Assembly (NCBI RefSeq): GCF_036365525.1 | Contig: NC_090378.1 | Span: forward strand, 118,095,593-118,159,592 | DNA from: Heterodontus francisci | Lineage: Eukaryota | Length of the DNA: 64,000 bases | Direction: 5' to 3' | Shown: positions 1 to 12,289 of the stretch, piece by piece | Numbering within the stretch: the first letter of the stretch is position 1 | Layout of the letters: each line of letters opens with the position of its first letter | Notes under the pieces: model-generated | What the model was told of the DNA's origin: nothing | Seen by the model: only the letters and a program-made list of their open reading frames with translations | Database searches by the model: none | Program-made: the position numbers and the translations under genes

Positions 1-365
1 TTTGTGAACAGGACACACCTGGCCAATTTTCCACATTGTCGGATAGATGCCAGTGCTGTAGCTGTTCTGGAATAGCTTTGTTAGGGGCGCTGATTGTTCT
101 GGAGCACAAGTCTTCAGTTCTATTGCCGAAATGTTGTCAGGGCCCATAGCCTTTGCTCTATCCAGTGCCTTCAGTCGTTTCTTGATATCACATGAAGTGA
201 ATCAAATTGGCTGAAGACTGGCATCTATGGTGTTCAGGACCTCAGGAAGAGGCCAAGATGAATCATTGACTTCTAGCTGAAGATGGATGCAAATGTTTCA
301 GCCTTGTCTTGCACACAGAGATGCTGGGCTCCCCCATAGTTGAGGATGGGGATGTTTGTGGAGCC
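1..365 (-). mobile_element. Decayed CR1/L2-group LINE ORF2 fragment; resumes at 1263 after an LTR insertion
   Basis: Minus strand reads approximately KRLKALDRAKAMGPDNISAIELKTCAPEQSAPLTKLFQNSYSTGIYPTMWKIGQVCPVHK, the typical LINE segment just before the RT domain. Confidence 0.75.
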
Positions 366-1262
366 TGTCACAGACCTTTAATTATTTTTCTTCTCAGATT
401 AAAAACAGTGTGCGTGCCTTTAAGACGCTGTTAACAACAGTGCACCTCCAAGGGAGAGAATGTTTTAGAATTCCTGGAGACACAGTGCACCAGCTGCATT
501 TTTGTTAAAATGGGCAACAGCAGGAGAGAGAAAGGTCACATGGTAATGTTTCCATTTTAACTGTGTGTGAAACTGGCAGAAACCGGCTGAGACCAGTTAG
601 TTTTTGAGAGACTTTCCAGTGAGGCGATCTGAAGAAAAGGAGCTGTATTATTTTCTCTCAGAAAAATTCTACAAGGTGCTACAAGCCACGTTCATTCCTG
701 AGTAAAGAAGAAAAGCTTTTCTTCCTCAATAAATTATTTGTATTGCTGTGCTCATCGTTCAAAGAACTGTTTAATGTGTGCTACAGCTGAAGAGTTGAAT
801 GCCTATCTTCTGAAGGACTGTTTTCACCAGATCCATGTGAAGACCGCAAATGACCTTTGACTATTTTCACTTTGGAAGACCTCATCCACCAGGAACATAA
901 TCCACAAACACTTTCTTATTTTATTTATACTTAAGAGACAGCTAATTTTTAAAAATTCCACTTTAATAAAAAAAACAGTTAACTATTGTTACTTCTGAGT
1001 ACATGTGTGTGAATGTGGGAGTTAGATTAATATAAGTTATAAGGTCTTTAGAATAGGTTTATCTTAATAGTGTTTAAGATTGCATTTTAATAAATAGTTA
1101 ATTTATTGTTGTCTAAACATGTCTGGTTTGGTCTGTTTCATTCTGGGGTTACTGTTTAATTTGGCAGTTTTCCGATTGGGTGTGAAAGCTTAATAATATG
1201 CTGCAACCTGCAGAGTGACGGGACTGAATTAACAGTGTGTTGCTCCCACTACAGTTGTAACA
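366..1262. mobile_element. Solo LTR (897 bp) inserted in the LINE
   Basis: Starts TGTCACA (366) and ends TGTAACA (1262), near-inverted termini. 4-bp target site duplication AGCC at 362-365 and 1263-1266. LINE sequence continues across the insertion. No long ORF. Confidence 0.85.
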
Positions 1263-1410
1263 AGCCTCCTCGCCCAGTTAGTTGTTTAATTGTCCACCGT
1301 CATTCACGAGTAGATATGGCTGCACTGCAGAGCTTAGATCTGATCCTTTGCTTGTGGGATCATTTATCTCTATCACATGCTGCTTCTGCTGTTCGACACG
1401 CCTGAACTCC
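1263..1410 (-). mobile_element. Continuation of the LINE fragment interrupted by the solo LTR
   Basis: Follows directly from the TSD; ORF track 1278-1496(-) includes LINE-like QQKQHVIEINDP. Confidence 0.6.
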
Positions 1411-1661
1411 TGGCTCCATAGCATTGGACGGGCTGCAGTCTCAGCAGTGGCCACCACTCCCAGTGGAGCTGCTGGGACTAAGAGCTGCCGGCCCACTGAT
1501 TGGTCGGCAAGTTACTGAGGCAGGATCTCCTCCCTCAAGTGGGTGGAAGTCCTGCCTCGGAACAATTAAATCCCAGGGACCCGTAAAATGCAGGTCGGAT
1601 CCCCGGGCTATGCGTAAAAGTCAGTGGTGAAGTCTCGTCCGCCTACGGTAAAATCCAGCCC

Positions 1662-3835
1662 ATTGAGTGAATCTCACACACTACTGCTTTGTTGAGCCGC
1701 GTTAAATCCACACATATTCGCAGAGTTTCATTTGGCTTCAGGACAGGAACCATGGCTAATCACCAGTTCATTGGTTGCCTTACCAGAGAGATAATGCCCA
1801 TTCTTGTCACCTCCTCCAATTGTTTTTGGGCTTTGTTTAATAAGGGATGAGGTATTCCTCTTTGTGTGAAGATACACACTGATTTGTCCCCTTCCTTCAG
1901 AGTGATCCTGTACTCCGTCTTTAGTTTTCTGAGCCCTTTGAACAGCTTCAGGAATTCTGTTTGAAAGGAATTGTTCGCCTTTGTTTGCTTGACTTTGGCT
2001 ACATTTTTAATCAACTGCAGTTGTAAGCAGACATTCCTGCTTAGTAAAGAAAATGCTTGATTGTGCAAGAAATGCAAGTTCTCTACCAGTTGTCTGCCGC
2101 TGTGCTGAAGAGTTTCTTGGAGTTTGCCTTTTACTCACAGTTATGTCCTGCCAGGACCGTGCAATTGTATATCTGTCAGTTGCAGGTAATGTCTCTTCAC
2201 CCAAGGATCTTGGTCAGACAAGACCATGACACTCGCCCCTGTGTCAAGCTTAAACTTCATGAGGCGTCCACTCACAGAGATGTCTGCTGTCCAGAAATCT
2301 TGGTCTGGATTATTGATTTCTCCCAAGAGCTCTCCTGGTACTTGCCCTTGTGGATATTGCTGTACTTGATTCACTGTTGTTTGTGTGAAGGTTTTCTGCT
2401 TTGTACTTTTAAGTGCAGAGATTTTGCTGTGGCACATCTTCCCATAATTAAAACACTCAGCTTTACTTGCTGGGCACGGCTCTCGTCTGTGGGTCTTCTT
2501 GGCTCCACAACATTGACAAGGTTTTCCTGTGTCATGCACCTTCTCACCTGGATTTTTTTTCTGTTCCTCAAAGTTTTTCCCTGGCTTTGGCTTCACCAGT
2601 TGTTTGGGAATTGGACTCCTTCTCATCCACAGCTTGTCTTCAGCTCGTAGAATGTCCCTATTCTGTTTGTGAACCTCAGCTTGTCTTATAATTTGAATGG
2701 CCTTTTCCAGTGCAAGGTCTTCCTTGGATTGCAACAGGTCTGACAAGGATTCATCCGCTGTGCCGATGACTATCCTGTCTCTGATTAGTTCTGCTTTTCA
2801 TTCACTGTGTTCACAACCTTCTGACAATTTGTACAGGTCATTAATATAGGAATCTACAGACTCTCCAATCATCTGCACCCACTTATTAAATTTGGCTCTT
2901 TTCAAAATTTCATTGGTAGGCAGATTAAAATATTTATCAAAAGCTTGGAGTACTTTTTGAATTTATCAGAAGCCTCATTGATCCCTTGTCGGACAGTTAC
3001 ATTGTCTGCTATTGCACCTACTGAATATAGGAGGGTGTTCACTTGCTCCATTTCAGATTTGGTCTGGAGTTGAGAAGCAATTCTGAATATTAAGAACCTT
3101 ATTCTCCATATTAGCCAATTTTGGACCTGATTGAGACCTTCTTGGTTCTGGAAACTCTCAGGCATTCCCAATTTTGGATCCATATTGCTTCCTTTCGTTT
3201 TTTAGACTTTGCTAAGGTGGTCCTTGGCTCGAGGTGTTTGCGTTCTGTTTGGGGCTTTCCCACGCTCTCCGACCTTTCACGCACTTTCTGACAAATACCA
3301 AGCTTTTTTCCCTTGGTGAGGCTGAGCAATGGCTGCCACTGTACTCGCCTCTCGTCGCCGATTCGACTGAGATCGCTTTCTGCACCTGATTTTTTTCCCA
3401 GTGCACCGTTTAAACAAATGGCCAATTTCACTGTCCCACCGATCCTGGATCGTCGTCTGGCATGAAGACTCAGACCCAACCGCTGGATGTGCTGGATGTA
3501 CTGACGCAGAGTCTCCCATTGCTGTGGTGTGGTCTCCAGAGCCTCTTCACAGCCTCTTCTGCCAGTAAGTCATTTTCTTACTGTACTGGACCAGTATTTA
3601 TCTTTAAATTTCTCTGCTTTACCCCTGGTGTTCCTTCAAAAGGTAAGGAGATCTTCAAATTCTCCTATAATAATAGCAAAATACTGCAGATGCTGGAAAT
3701 CTGAAATAAAAACAAGAAATGCTGCAACCACTCAGCAGGTCTGGCAGCATCTGTGGAAAGAGAAGCAGAGTTAACGTTTCGGGTCACTGACCCTTCTTCA
3801 AATTCTCCTGATCCCTTTCACAGCAGCCACCATAT
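1662..3835 (-). mobile_element. Decayed Ty3/gypsy LTR retrotransposon internal region: gag, protease, start of RT; 3'-truncated
   Basis: Gag-like 2902-3183 (NWLIWRIRF...EQVNTLLY). ORF 2141-2746 has a degenerate Cys/His knuckle (CPASKAECFNYGKMCH) and aspartic protease motif FKLDTGASV. RT start (LEEVTRMGII, then LRICVDLTRLNKAV near 1690-1725). Several frameshifts. Confidence 0.85.
3667..3794. mobile_element. Short Penelope-like repeat insert in the gypsy leader
   Basis: 128-bp insert flanked by a 15-bp direct repeat TCTTCAAATTCTCCT (3652-3666, 3795-3809). Insert resembles a common shark repeat (ATACTGCAGATGCTGGAAATCTG...CAGCATCTGTGG). Family call is from recollection. Confidence 0.55.
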
Positions 3836-4090
3836 TGCGTTGTCGTGTTTGTATTAGTAGTGTTTAAGGGCGTTCTACAGAAAGTCTTCAATTCCGGTAA
3901 AGGTTAACAATAAATCTTTATTATTCACAGTTACTATATACACTCTCCACAAGCCACTTAAACTAGTATCCTTCGTGCTGCTATACCTTCTCCTTCTCAA
4001 GTCTATCTCATGTGACTGTTACATCATCACTTGCACAGTGGGAGGGGTCTCATTGTCTTTGGTATTAACTCTTTACATCCTTATACTACA
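3836..4090 (-). mobile_element. 5' LTR of the gypsy element, with adjacent primer-binding site (3819-3832)
   Basis: Minus strand TGTAGTAT...CA ends with an internal AATAAA, followed by TGGTGGCTGCTGTG, a degenerate tRNA-Leu-type PBS. Confidence 0.7.
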
Positions 4091-4337
4091 CCTCGGTTGA
4101 TGCTGGAGGTCTGTCCAGTTTCATTCCTTTTAGACTTTTTTCTTGTGATTTGGTACAACTGAATGGCTTGCCAGGCCATTTCAGAGGGCATTTAAGAGTC
4201 AACCACATTGCTGTGGGTCTGGAGTCATACATAGGCCAGACCAGATAAGGACAGCAGATTTCCTTCCCTAAAGGACATTAGTGAACCAGATGGGTTTTTA
4301 TGACAATCTACAATGGTTTCATAGTCACCATTACCGA
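4091..4337 (-). mobile_element. Retroposon fragment homologous to the SINE-like element at 46839-47556
   Basis: GAGTCAACCACATTGCTGTGGGTCTGGAGTCA...GGACATTAGTGAACCAGATGGGTTTTTA at about 4195-4300 recurs at about 46930-47035. Confidence 0.6.
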
Positions 4338-7136
4338 GAACATACGGACATACAAATTCAGAGCAGGAGTAGGCCACTCGACCCCTCGAACCTGCTCCGC
4401 CATTCAATAAGTTCATGGCTGAACTGATTACTCCACATTTCCACCTACCCCCGATAACCTTCCACCCCCTTGCTTATCAAGAATCTATCTACCTCTTCCA
4501 TAAAAATATTCAAAGACTCTGCTTCCACTGCCTTTTGAGGAAGAGAATTCCAAAGACTCACGATCCTCTGAGAGAAAAGATTTCTCCTCATCTCTGTCTT
4601 AAATGGGCGACACCTTATTTTTAAACAGTGACCCCTAGTTCGAGATTCTTCCACAAGGGAAAACATCCTTTCCACATCCACCCTGTCAAGACCCCCCAGG
4701 ATCTTATATGTTTCAATCAAGTCGCCTCTTACTTTTCTAAATTCCAGCGGATACAACCTAGCCTGTCCAATCTTTCCTCGGAAGACAGGCCACCCATTCC
4801 AGGTATCAGTCTAGTAGACCTTCTCTGTACTGCCTCCAAAGCATTTACATCCTTCCTTAAATAAGGGGAACAGTACTGTACACAGTACTCCAGATGTGGT
4901 TTCACCAATGTCCTGTATAGCTGAAGCATAACCTCCCTACTTTTGTAATCAATTCCCCTTGTGATAAATGATAACATTCTATTAGCTTTCCTAATGACGT
5001 GCTGTATCTGCATACTAACTTTTGCGATTCATTGACTCATGCACTAGGACACCCAGATTCCTCTGCATCTCAGAGCTCTGCAATCTCTCACAATTTAGAT
5101 AATATGCTTCTGTTTTATTCTTCCTGCCAAAGTGGACAATTTCCCACTTTCCCACATTATACTCCATTTCCCAAGTCTTTGCCCACTCACTTAACCGATC
5201 TGTATTCCTTTGTAGCCTCCTTATGTCCTTTTCACAAGTTACTTTCCTACCTATCTTTCTGTCCTCAGCAAATTTAGCGACCATACCTTCATCTAAGTCA
5301 TATATGTAAATTGTAAAAAGTTGAGGCCCCCAACACAGATTCCTGTGCCACACCACCTGTTACATCTTGCCAACCAGAAAATGACCCATTTATGCCTACT
5401 GTCTGTTTGCTGTTAGCTCACCAATCTTCTATCCATGCCAATATGTTACCCTCTACACTATGAGCTTTTATTTTCTGCAATAACCTTTGATGTAGCACCT
5501 TATCAAATGCCTTCTGGGAATCCAAGTACAATACATCCACTGGTTCCCCTTTATCCACAGCACATGTAACTCCCTCAAAGAACTTCAATAACTTGGTTAA
5601 ACATGATTTCCCTTTCACAAAACCATGTTGAGTCTTCCTGATTACCTTGAATTTTTCTAAATACCCTGCTATAACATCTTTAATAATAGCTTCAAACATT
5701 TTCCCTAAGACAGATGTTAAGCTAACTGGCCTGTAGTTTCCTGCTTTCTGTCTCCTTCCCTTTTTGAATAAAGGAGTTACATTTGCTATTTTCCAATCTA
5801 AAGGAACCTTCCCTGAATCTCGGGAAATTTGGAAAATTAAAACTAACGCATCAACTATCTCACTAGCCACTTCTTCTTATACCCTAAGATGAAGTCCATC
5901 AGGACCTGGGGACTTGTCATCCCGCAGCTTCAACAATTTGTTCAGTACCACGTCCCTGATGATTGTAATTTTCTTGAGTTCCTCCCTCCCTTCCATTTCC
6001 TGACTTACAGCTAATACTAGGATGTTACGTGTATACTCAGTAGTGAAGACTGATACAAAATAGCTTTTCAATTCATCTGCCATCTCCTTATTATCCATCA
6101 ATAATTCCCTAGACTCACTTTTTATAGGACCAATGCTCACTTTGTTAACTTTTTTCTTTTTAATATATTTATAGATGCTCTTACTATCTTTATATTTCTA
6201 GCTAGCTTTCTCTCGTACTCTAACTTTACCTTCCTTATCAATCTTTTAGTCCTTCTTTGCTGTTTTTTATATTCCGTCCAATCTTCTGGCCTGCCTCCCA
6301 TCTTTGCACAATTTTAGGCTTTTTCTTTACGCTTTATATATCTTTAACTGTTTTACTTAACCACGAATGGCGGGTCCCACCCTTGGAATTTTTCTGTCTC
6401 GTTGAAATGTACCTATTCTGCATATTCTGAAATATCCCCTTAAAAGTCTGCCACTGCATCTCTATTGACCTATCCCTAAACCTACTTTGCCAGTTCACTT
6501 CAGCTCGCTCTGCTTTCATTCCCTCATAATTGCCCTTATTTAAGTTTAAAATACTAGTCTTGGACCCACTCTTCTCTCCTTCAAACTGAATGTAAAATTC
6601 AATCATATTCTGATCGCTGCTACCTAGGGGCACTTTAACTATAAGGTCATTAATTATTCCTATCACATTCCACAATACTAGGTCTAGTATAGCCTGCTCT
6701 CTGGTTGGATCCAGAACGTATTGTTCCAAGAAATTATCCCAAAATCATTTCATGTACTCATCTAGAGGCTACCTCTGCCCATCTGATTTTTCCAGTCTAT
6801 ATGTAGGTTAAAATCCCCCACAATTATCACTATACCTTTCTGACAAGCTGCCATTATTTCTTCCTTTATACCCCTTCCCACAGTGTAGTTAATGTTAGGT
6901 AGCCTGTGCACCACTCCCACATGTGACTTCTTGTCTTTATGATTTCTCATCTCTACCCAAACTGCTTCATCATCCTGGTCTCCTGAACTTAGGTCATCCC
7001 TCTCTATTGCGCTAATGCCATCATTAATTACAGAGCTACCCCTCCACCATTTCCTAGCTTCCTGTCCTTCCTAAATGCCAGATATCTTTGAATATTCAGG
7101 TCCCAATCAATGTCGTCCTGTAGCCTGTAATGGCTA
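4338..7136 (-). mobile_element. CR1 (HER1-like) LINE, 5'-truncated, fragmented ORF2
   Basis: Successive minus-strand ORFs with CR1 motifs: IVGDFN, PTREQAILDLVL, KSPGPDGLH, NYRPVSLTSV, YLDSQKAFDKV, PHLEYCVQ, RGDLIETYKI, SRTRGH, FSQRIVSLWNSLP. 3' tail near 4338. Confidence 0.92.
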
Positions 7137-10100
7137 TCTTCTTTGGCCTCCTTGTCTCGGGAGATAATGGGTAAGCGCCTGGAGGTGGTCAGTGGTTTGT
7201 AAAGCAGCGCCTGGAGTAGCTATAAAGACCAATTCTAGAGTGACAGACTCTTCCACAGGTGCTGCAGAAAAAATTGGTTGTCGAGGCTGTTACACAGTTG
7301 GCTCTCTCTTTGCGCTTCTGTCTTTTTTCCTGCCAACTGCTAAGTCTCTTTGACTCGCCACACTTTAGCCCCGCCTTTATGGCTGCCCGCCAGCTCTAGC
7401 GATCGCTGGCAACTGACCCCCACGACTTGTGATCAATGTCACAGGACTTCATGTCGCGTTTGCAGACGTCTTTAAAGCGGAGACATGGACGGCCGGAGGG
7501 TCTGATACCAGTGGCGAGCTCGCTGTGCAATGTGTCCTTGGGGATCCTGCCATCTTCCATGCGGCTCACATGGCCAAGCCATCTGAAGCGCCGCTGACTC
7601 AGTAGTGTGTATAAGCTGGGGATGTTGGTCGCCTCGAGGACTTCTGTGTTGGAGATACGGTCCTGCCACCTGATGGCAAGGATTCTCCGGAGGCAGCGAA
7701 GATGGAATGAATTGAGACGTCGCTCTTGGCTGACATACGTTGTCCAGGCCTCGCTGCCGTAGAGCAAGGTATTGAGGACACAGGCTTGATACACTCGGAT
7801 TTTTGTGTTCCGTGTCAGTGCGCCATTTTCCCACATTCTCTTGGCCAGTCTGGACATAGCAGTGGAAGCCTTTCCCATGCGCTTGTTGATTTCTGCATCG
7901 AGAGACAGGTTACTGGGGATAGTTGAACCACTTCCAGAGTGTGGTCGCCGATATTGATGGATGGAGCATTTCTGACGTCCTGTCCCATGATGTTCATTTT
8001 CTTGAGGCTGATGGTTAGGACAAATTCATTGCAGGCAGCCGCAAACTTGTCGATGAGACTCTGCAGGCACTCTTCAGTGTGAGATGTTAAAGCAGCATCG
8101 TCAGCAAAGAGGAGTTCCCTGATGAGGACTTTCCGTACTTTGGTCTTCGCTCTTAGACAGGCAAGGTTGAACAACCTGCCCCCTGATCTTGTGTGGAGGA
8201 AAATTCCTTCTTCTGAAGACTTGAACGCGTGTGAGAGCAGCAGAGAGAAGAAAATCACAACCAGTGTAGGTGCGAGAACACAGCCCTGTTTCACGCCACT
8301 CAGGATAGGAAAGGGGTCTGATGAGGTGCCGCTATGCTGAATTGTGCCTTTCATATTGTCATGGAATGAGGTGATGATACTTAGTAGCTTTGGTGGACAT
8401 CCAATCTTTGTTAGTAGCCTGAAGAGACCACGTCTGCTGCCGAGGTCAAAGGCTTTGGTGAGATCAATGAAAGCAACATAGAGGGGCATCTGTTGTTCAC
8501 GGCATTTCTCCTGTAGCTGACGAAGGGAGAACAGCGTGTCAATGGTCGATCTCTCTGCTCGAAGGCCACACTGTGCCTCAGGTTAGACACGCTTGGCCAG
8601 CTTCTGGAGCCTGTTTAAAGCGACTCGAGCGAAGACTTTCCCCACTATGCTGTGCAGGGAGATTCCACGGTAGTTGTTGCAGTCACCGCGGTCACCCTTG
8701 TTCTTATAGAGGGTGATGATATTGGCATCGCGCATGTCCTGTGGTGCTGCTCCCTCGTCCCAGCACAGGCAAAGCAGTTCGTAGAGTGCTGAGAGTTTGG
8801 CAGGCTTAGCACTCTTGCTTATTTCAGGGATAATGCCGTCCTTCCCAGGGTCTTTTCCGCTGGCTGGAGAATCAGTGGCATCACTGAGTTCTGATTTTGT
8901 TGGCTGTATGTCCAGCTCATCCATGACTGGCAGAGACTGGGCTGCATTGAGGGCGGTCTCAGTGACAACATTCTCCCTGGAGTACAGTTCTAGGTAGTGC
9001 TCCACCCAGCGGTCCATTTGCTTGCTTTGGTCAATGATTGTGTCCCCTCATTTAGATTTGAGGGGGGCGATCTTCTTGATGGTTGGCCCAAAAGCTCTCT
9101 TAATGCCATCATACATTCCAATGATGTTTCCGGTGTCAGAGGCCAGCTGAATATGACTGCATAGGTGTTGCCAGTAGTCATTTGCGCAGCGCCTGGCTGT
9201 TCTTTGTGCAGCGCTTCTGGCTGTTTTAAGTGCTACGGATGTTAACTCGCTGGGGGCTTTTTTGTAGTTCAGCAGTGCAATGCGCTTAGTGGCTATGACA
9301 GGTTCCAGCTCTTCAATGTGAGATTGAAACCAGTCTGCATTCCGCTTCACACGTTTGCCATAGGTGGTCATGGCTGACTCATAAATGGCGTCTCTGATGT
9401 GGGCCCACTTGGTCTCTGCATCCCCTGTGGGAGTGTTTTGAAGGGCTTTTCCAAGTGAATTTAGAAATTTTTGTAACAGCTGTGGATAAGAAATTCTGCT
9501 CGTGTTGATGCGCGGGTGGCCCTTCTGCTTGGAGTGATGCAGCTTCTTTGGTTTGAGTCTAACCTTGCTGCACACCAGGGAGTGGTCGGTGTCGCAGTCC
9601 GCACTGTGGAAGCTGCATGTGATTTGAACACAGTTTAAGGAGGCTCGCCTTGTGACGATGAGGTCCAGCTGGTGCCAACGACGTGATCTTGGGTGCCTCC
9701 AAGAAACCTGGTGACAGGGTTTAGTGTGAAAGAACGAGTTGGTGATGCAGAGGTTATGATAGGTACACAACTCAAGCAGTCTCTGTCCATTCTCATTCAT
9801 CCTTCCAACGCCATAGCGCCCAAGGCAGGAGGGCCATGAGTCATGGTCGGCCCCAACCCTGGCATTAAAGTCCCCCAGCAGGAACAGATGTTCGGTATTT
9901 GGGATGCTACCAATGATATTATGGAGTTCCTCGTAGAACTGGTCTTTATCTTCATGTGGGGAGCAGAGTGTTGAAGCATAGATGCTGAGTAGGTGTACTG
10001 GACCAGAGGTGGTGAGCAGTCGGATGGACAGTATGCGTTCTGAGCCATTTGAAGGTGGCTCTATCATGCTGAGCAAAGAGTTTCTGATGGCGAAGCCCAC

Positions 10101-10900
10101 TCCATGCTGTCTTAGTTCTTCAGGAACCCTACCCTGCCAGAAGAAGGTGTAGTCTTGCTCTGTTAGAGATCTGCTCGCTGGGAGGCATGTCTCCTGAAGT
10201 GCTGCAATGTCCACATTGAGTCTACTGAGCTCGTTGTTAATGATGGCGGTCTTCCGAGAATCGTTGATTTGTGTAAGGTCTTCCGACAGGCCAGGACACA
10301 TAGTTCTGACGTTCCAGTTTGCAAAACGAAGGGCTGGTACCTTCTTTCCTTTTTTCGTGCTGTTTGGTGCAGTGTTGCAGTCCGCTTTTCGGGCAATAAC
10401 CCTGAGCTCCAAGCACCCATTGAAGCAGGTGGACTGTGGGGGGACAGAACCTTATTGACTGGGGGCTTCCCGGTTTGAGGCGGGCGGTAGCTGTCCACTG
10501 AGGTGCGATGACCTCTTCCACTGACAAAGGCAACCCGTGGCGCCCAATCTCTACGCCAATTGAGCTGGACTTATAACCTGTAACTGTTGCCTTCCGTGTT
10601 GTTTCGGTTGCTGTGAGGCGACTTTGGAGTGACCTCTCCATGGCGCTTGCCTGGGTGAATGTATGGAGGTTGTGAGTTGCCCAAGCGTCAAAACCCCCCT
10701 CTCGGCCTTCTGGTGGGGTCCAAAGGAGTGCAGAGCACGATATTTGGCACCGGTATGGCTGCAGGAACTGCCGGAAACATGCCTAAAGTGACACATGACC
10801 GCCTACGGGGTTCCGCTCCGGATTTCTGTTAGGGTTTACTGCCTTAGCCTTGGACTCTCCCAAGACGCCAACAAGGCAGTGGGGTTGTTAGGGCCCCTGC
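7137..10900 (-). mobile_element. Near-full-length RTE-clade LINE (APE endonuclease + RT) with a few frame breaks
   Basis: ORF 9048-10412 has APE motifs (RFANWNVRTM, ALQET, LLGDFNARVG, DTDHSLV). ORFs 8583-9017, 7815-8489 and 7396-7878 carry RT motifs (NYRGISL, FIDLTKAFD, GVKQGCVLAPTL, LLFADD, LLYGSEAW, RWLGHVSRM). 5' boundary approximate. Confidence 0.92.
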
Positions 10901-10919
10901 TCAGGGCTAGGTGGATGCC

Positions 10920-11150
10920 GGTGGGAGGAGGGGGTGCGAGGGGGAGGGGTGGAGGGAAGGGGGTGCGAGGGGGAGCTGGGAAGGGGGCTGTAGAGGGGTG
11001 GGGGGGTTCAGGCGAAGGGGGTGCAGGGGGAAGATGGTGCAAGGGGGGAGCTGGGAAGGGGTTGCGAGGGGGGAGGGGGTGGGGTAAGAGGGTGCTGGGG
11101 GGGGTGAGCTGGGAGGGGGGAGCTGGGAAGGGGAAGCGGGGGGAGTGAAG
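10920..11150 (+). repeat. G-rich low-complexity tract with G-quadruplex potential
   Basis: Dense runs of G3-G7 separated by short loops, with a repeated GGGAGCTGGGAAGGGG motif. Confidence 0.8.
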
Positions 11151-11179
11151 GGGATGCAGGTAATAAAACATTTCATCAG

Positions 11180-11285
11180 TTCCCACCATCCATGCCGGGA
11201 AAGCTCAACCGCGTCCTCCGGGAGGTGGGTGACAGCCTCGGGCGCCAGTACCAGCAGGAATTCGTAGACATTGAGCTGACAGTAT
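11180..11285 (+). other. Possible exon fragment with a BH3-like (Bcl-2 family) motif
   Basis: AG at 11178-11179 followed in frame by FPPSMPGKLNRVLREVGDSLGRQYQQEFVDIELT; CpG-rich and coding-like; runs into a minisatellite. Confidence 0.3.
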
Positions 11286-11455
11286 TGGAGGCTGCAGGGA
11301 GCTGGCAGTATTGGAGGGTACAGGGAGTGGCAGTATTGGAGGGTACAGGGAGTGGCAGTATTGGAGGGTACAGGGAGTGGCAGTATTGGGGGGGGGGAGC
11401 AGGGAGCTGGCAGTATTGGGGGGGCGGAGCAGGGAGCTGGCAGTATTGGGGGAAC
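11278..11455 (+). repeat. 25-30 bp minisatellite (TGGCAGTATTGGAGGGTACAGGGAG), about 7 units
   Basis: CAGTATTGG recurs at about 11280, 11306, 11331, 11356, 11381, 11411 and 11440. Confidence 0.85.
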
Positions 11456-11649
11456 AGGGTCTAACAGTCCTGTGAGTCCAGGTATTTTGGATTTAAATAT
11501 CCTGTTTCATCCACTTTCAAACCTCCTGTTTCCAATTTCTCCTGTCTTCCCACCGTCAGCGTTTCTCTGTCTCTGTTCAGGAGGTGATTGACTGCAAAAC
11601 CATGAATTTCCAGTATACAATGTTTTCTGTCCAATGAAACAGAATAAAA

Positions 11650-12200
11650 TCTATTATTTTACACCATTGCTGTCTCTCAGTGTTGTTTGCCAGAATGAGT
11701 TCCACATTCTAACCTCTCTCTGGTTAAAAAAGTTGCTCCTGAATTCCCTATTGGATTTAATGTTGATTATTGTATGTTCTGATCTCACCCACAATTGGAA
11801 GAATCTTCTCAACATCTACTCTCTCAAACCTCTTCATATCCTGAAAGACATTCATGAGGTCACCAAAGAGCCCCAGCCTGTTTAGCCTTTCCTGATCAGT
11901 TTATCCTCTCAGTTCTGGTAAATCTATTTTGCACCTTCTCCACTGGCTCGAGATCCTTTTCAGAATATGGAGGCTCGAACCGTTCAGTGTACGTCAAGTG
12001 TGGCCTCACCAACATTGGACAGCAGTTCAACAGAAATTCACTGCTTTTCAGTTCGAAGCCTCTAGAAATAAATCCAGCTGCTTGATTTGCTTTGTTTAAG
12101 TCTTTATTCACCTGTGTCACTACTTTTAGTGATTTTTCATATTTTTGCCTCATTGTTCCTATTATCCACAAATCTTCATTGAATTTCTCCAATCAGGTTA
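11650..12200 (-). mobile_element. Old degenerate CR1 LINE 3' fragment
   Basis: ORF 11896-12192(-): GFISRGFELKS...LVRPHL...EKVQNRFTR, the CR1 ORF2 C-terminus. Confidence 0.75.
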
Positions 12201-12289
12201 TCAGCCCTGTCACATCACCATAACGGCTGGAACCAGTGACACATGGACTCATCTGTGACTTCAATCCTGGAGCATTATCCGTCTTCAAC

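Noticed and set aside
287-294. Octamer ATGCAAAT as an Ig V promoter
   Set aside because: Inside LINE coding remnant, with no leader or V exon nearby
1411-1661. GC-rich segment ending GTAAAATCCAGCCC, possibly a non-autonomous DNA transposon end
   Set aside because: No matching second terminus or TSD found in the window
10795-11189. Gly-rich and Pro-rich ORFs
   Set aside because: Translations of the G-rich low-complexity tract
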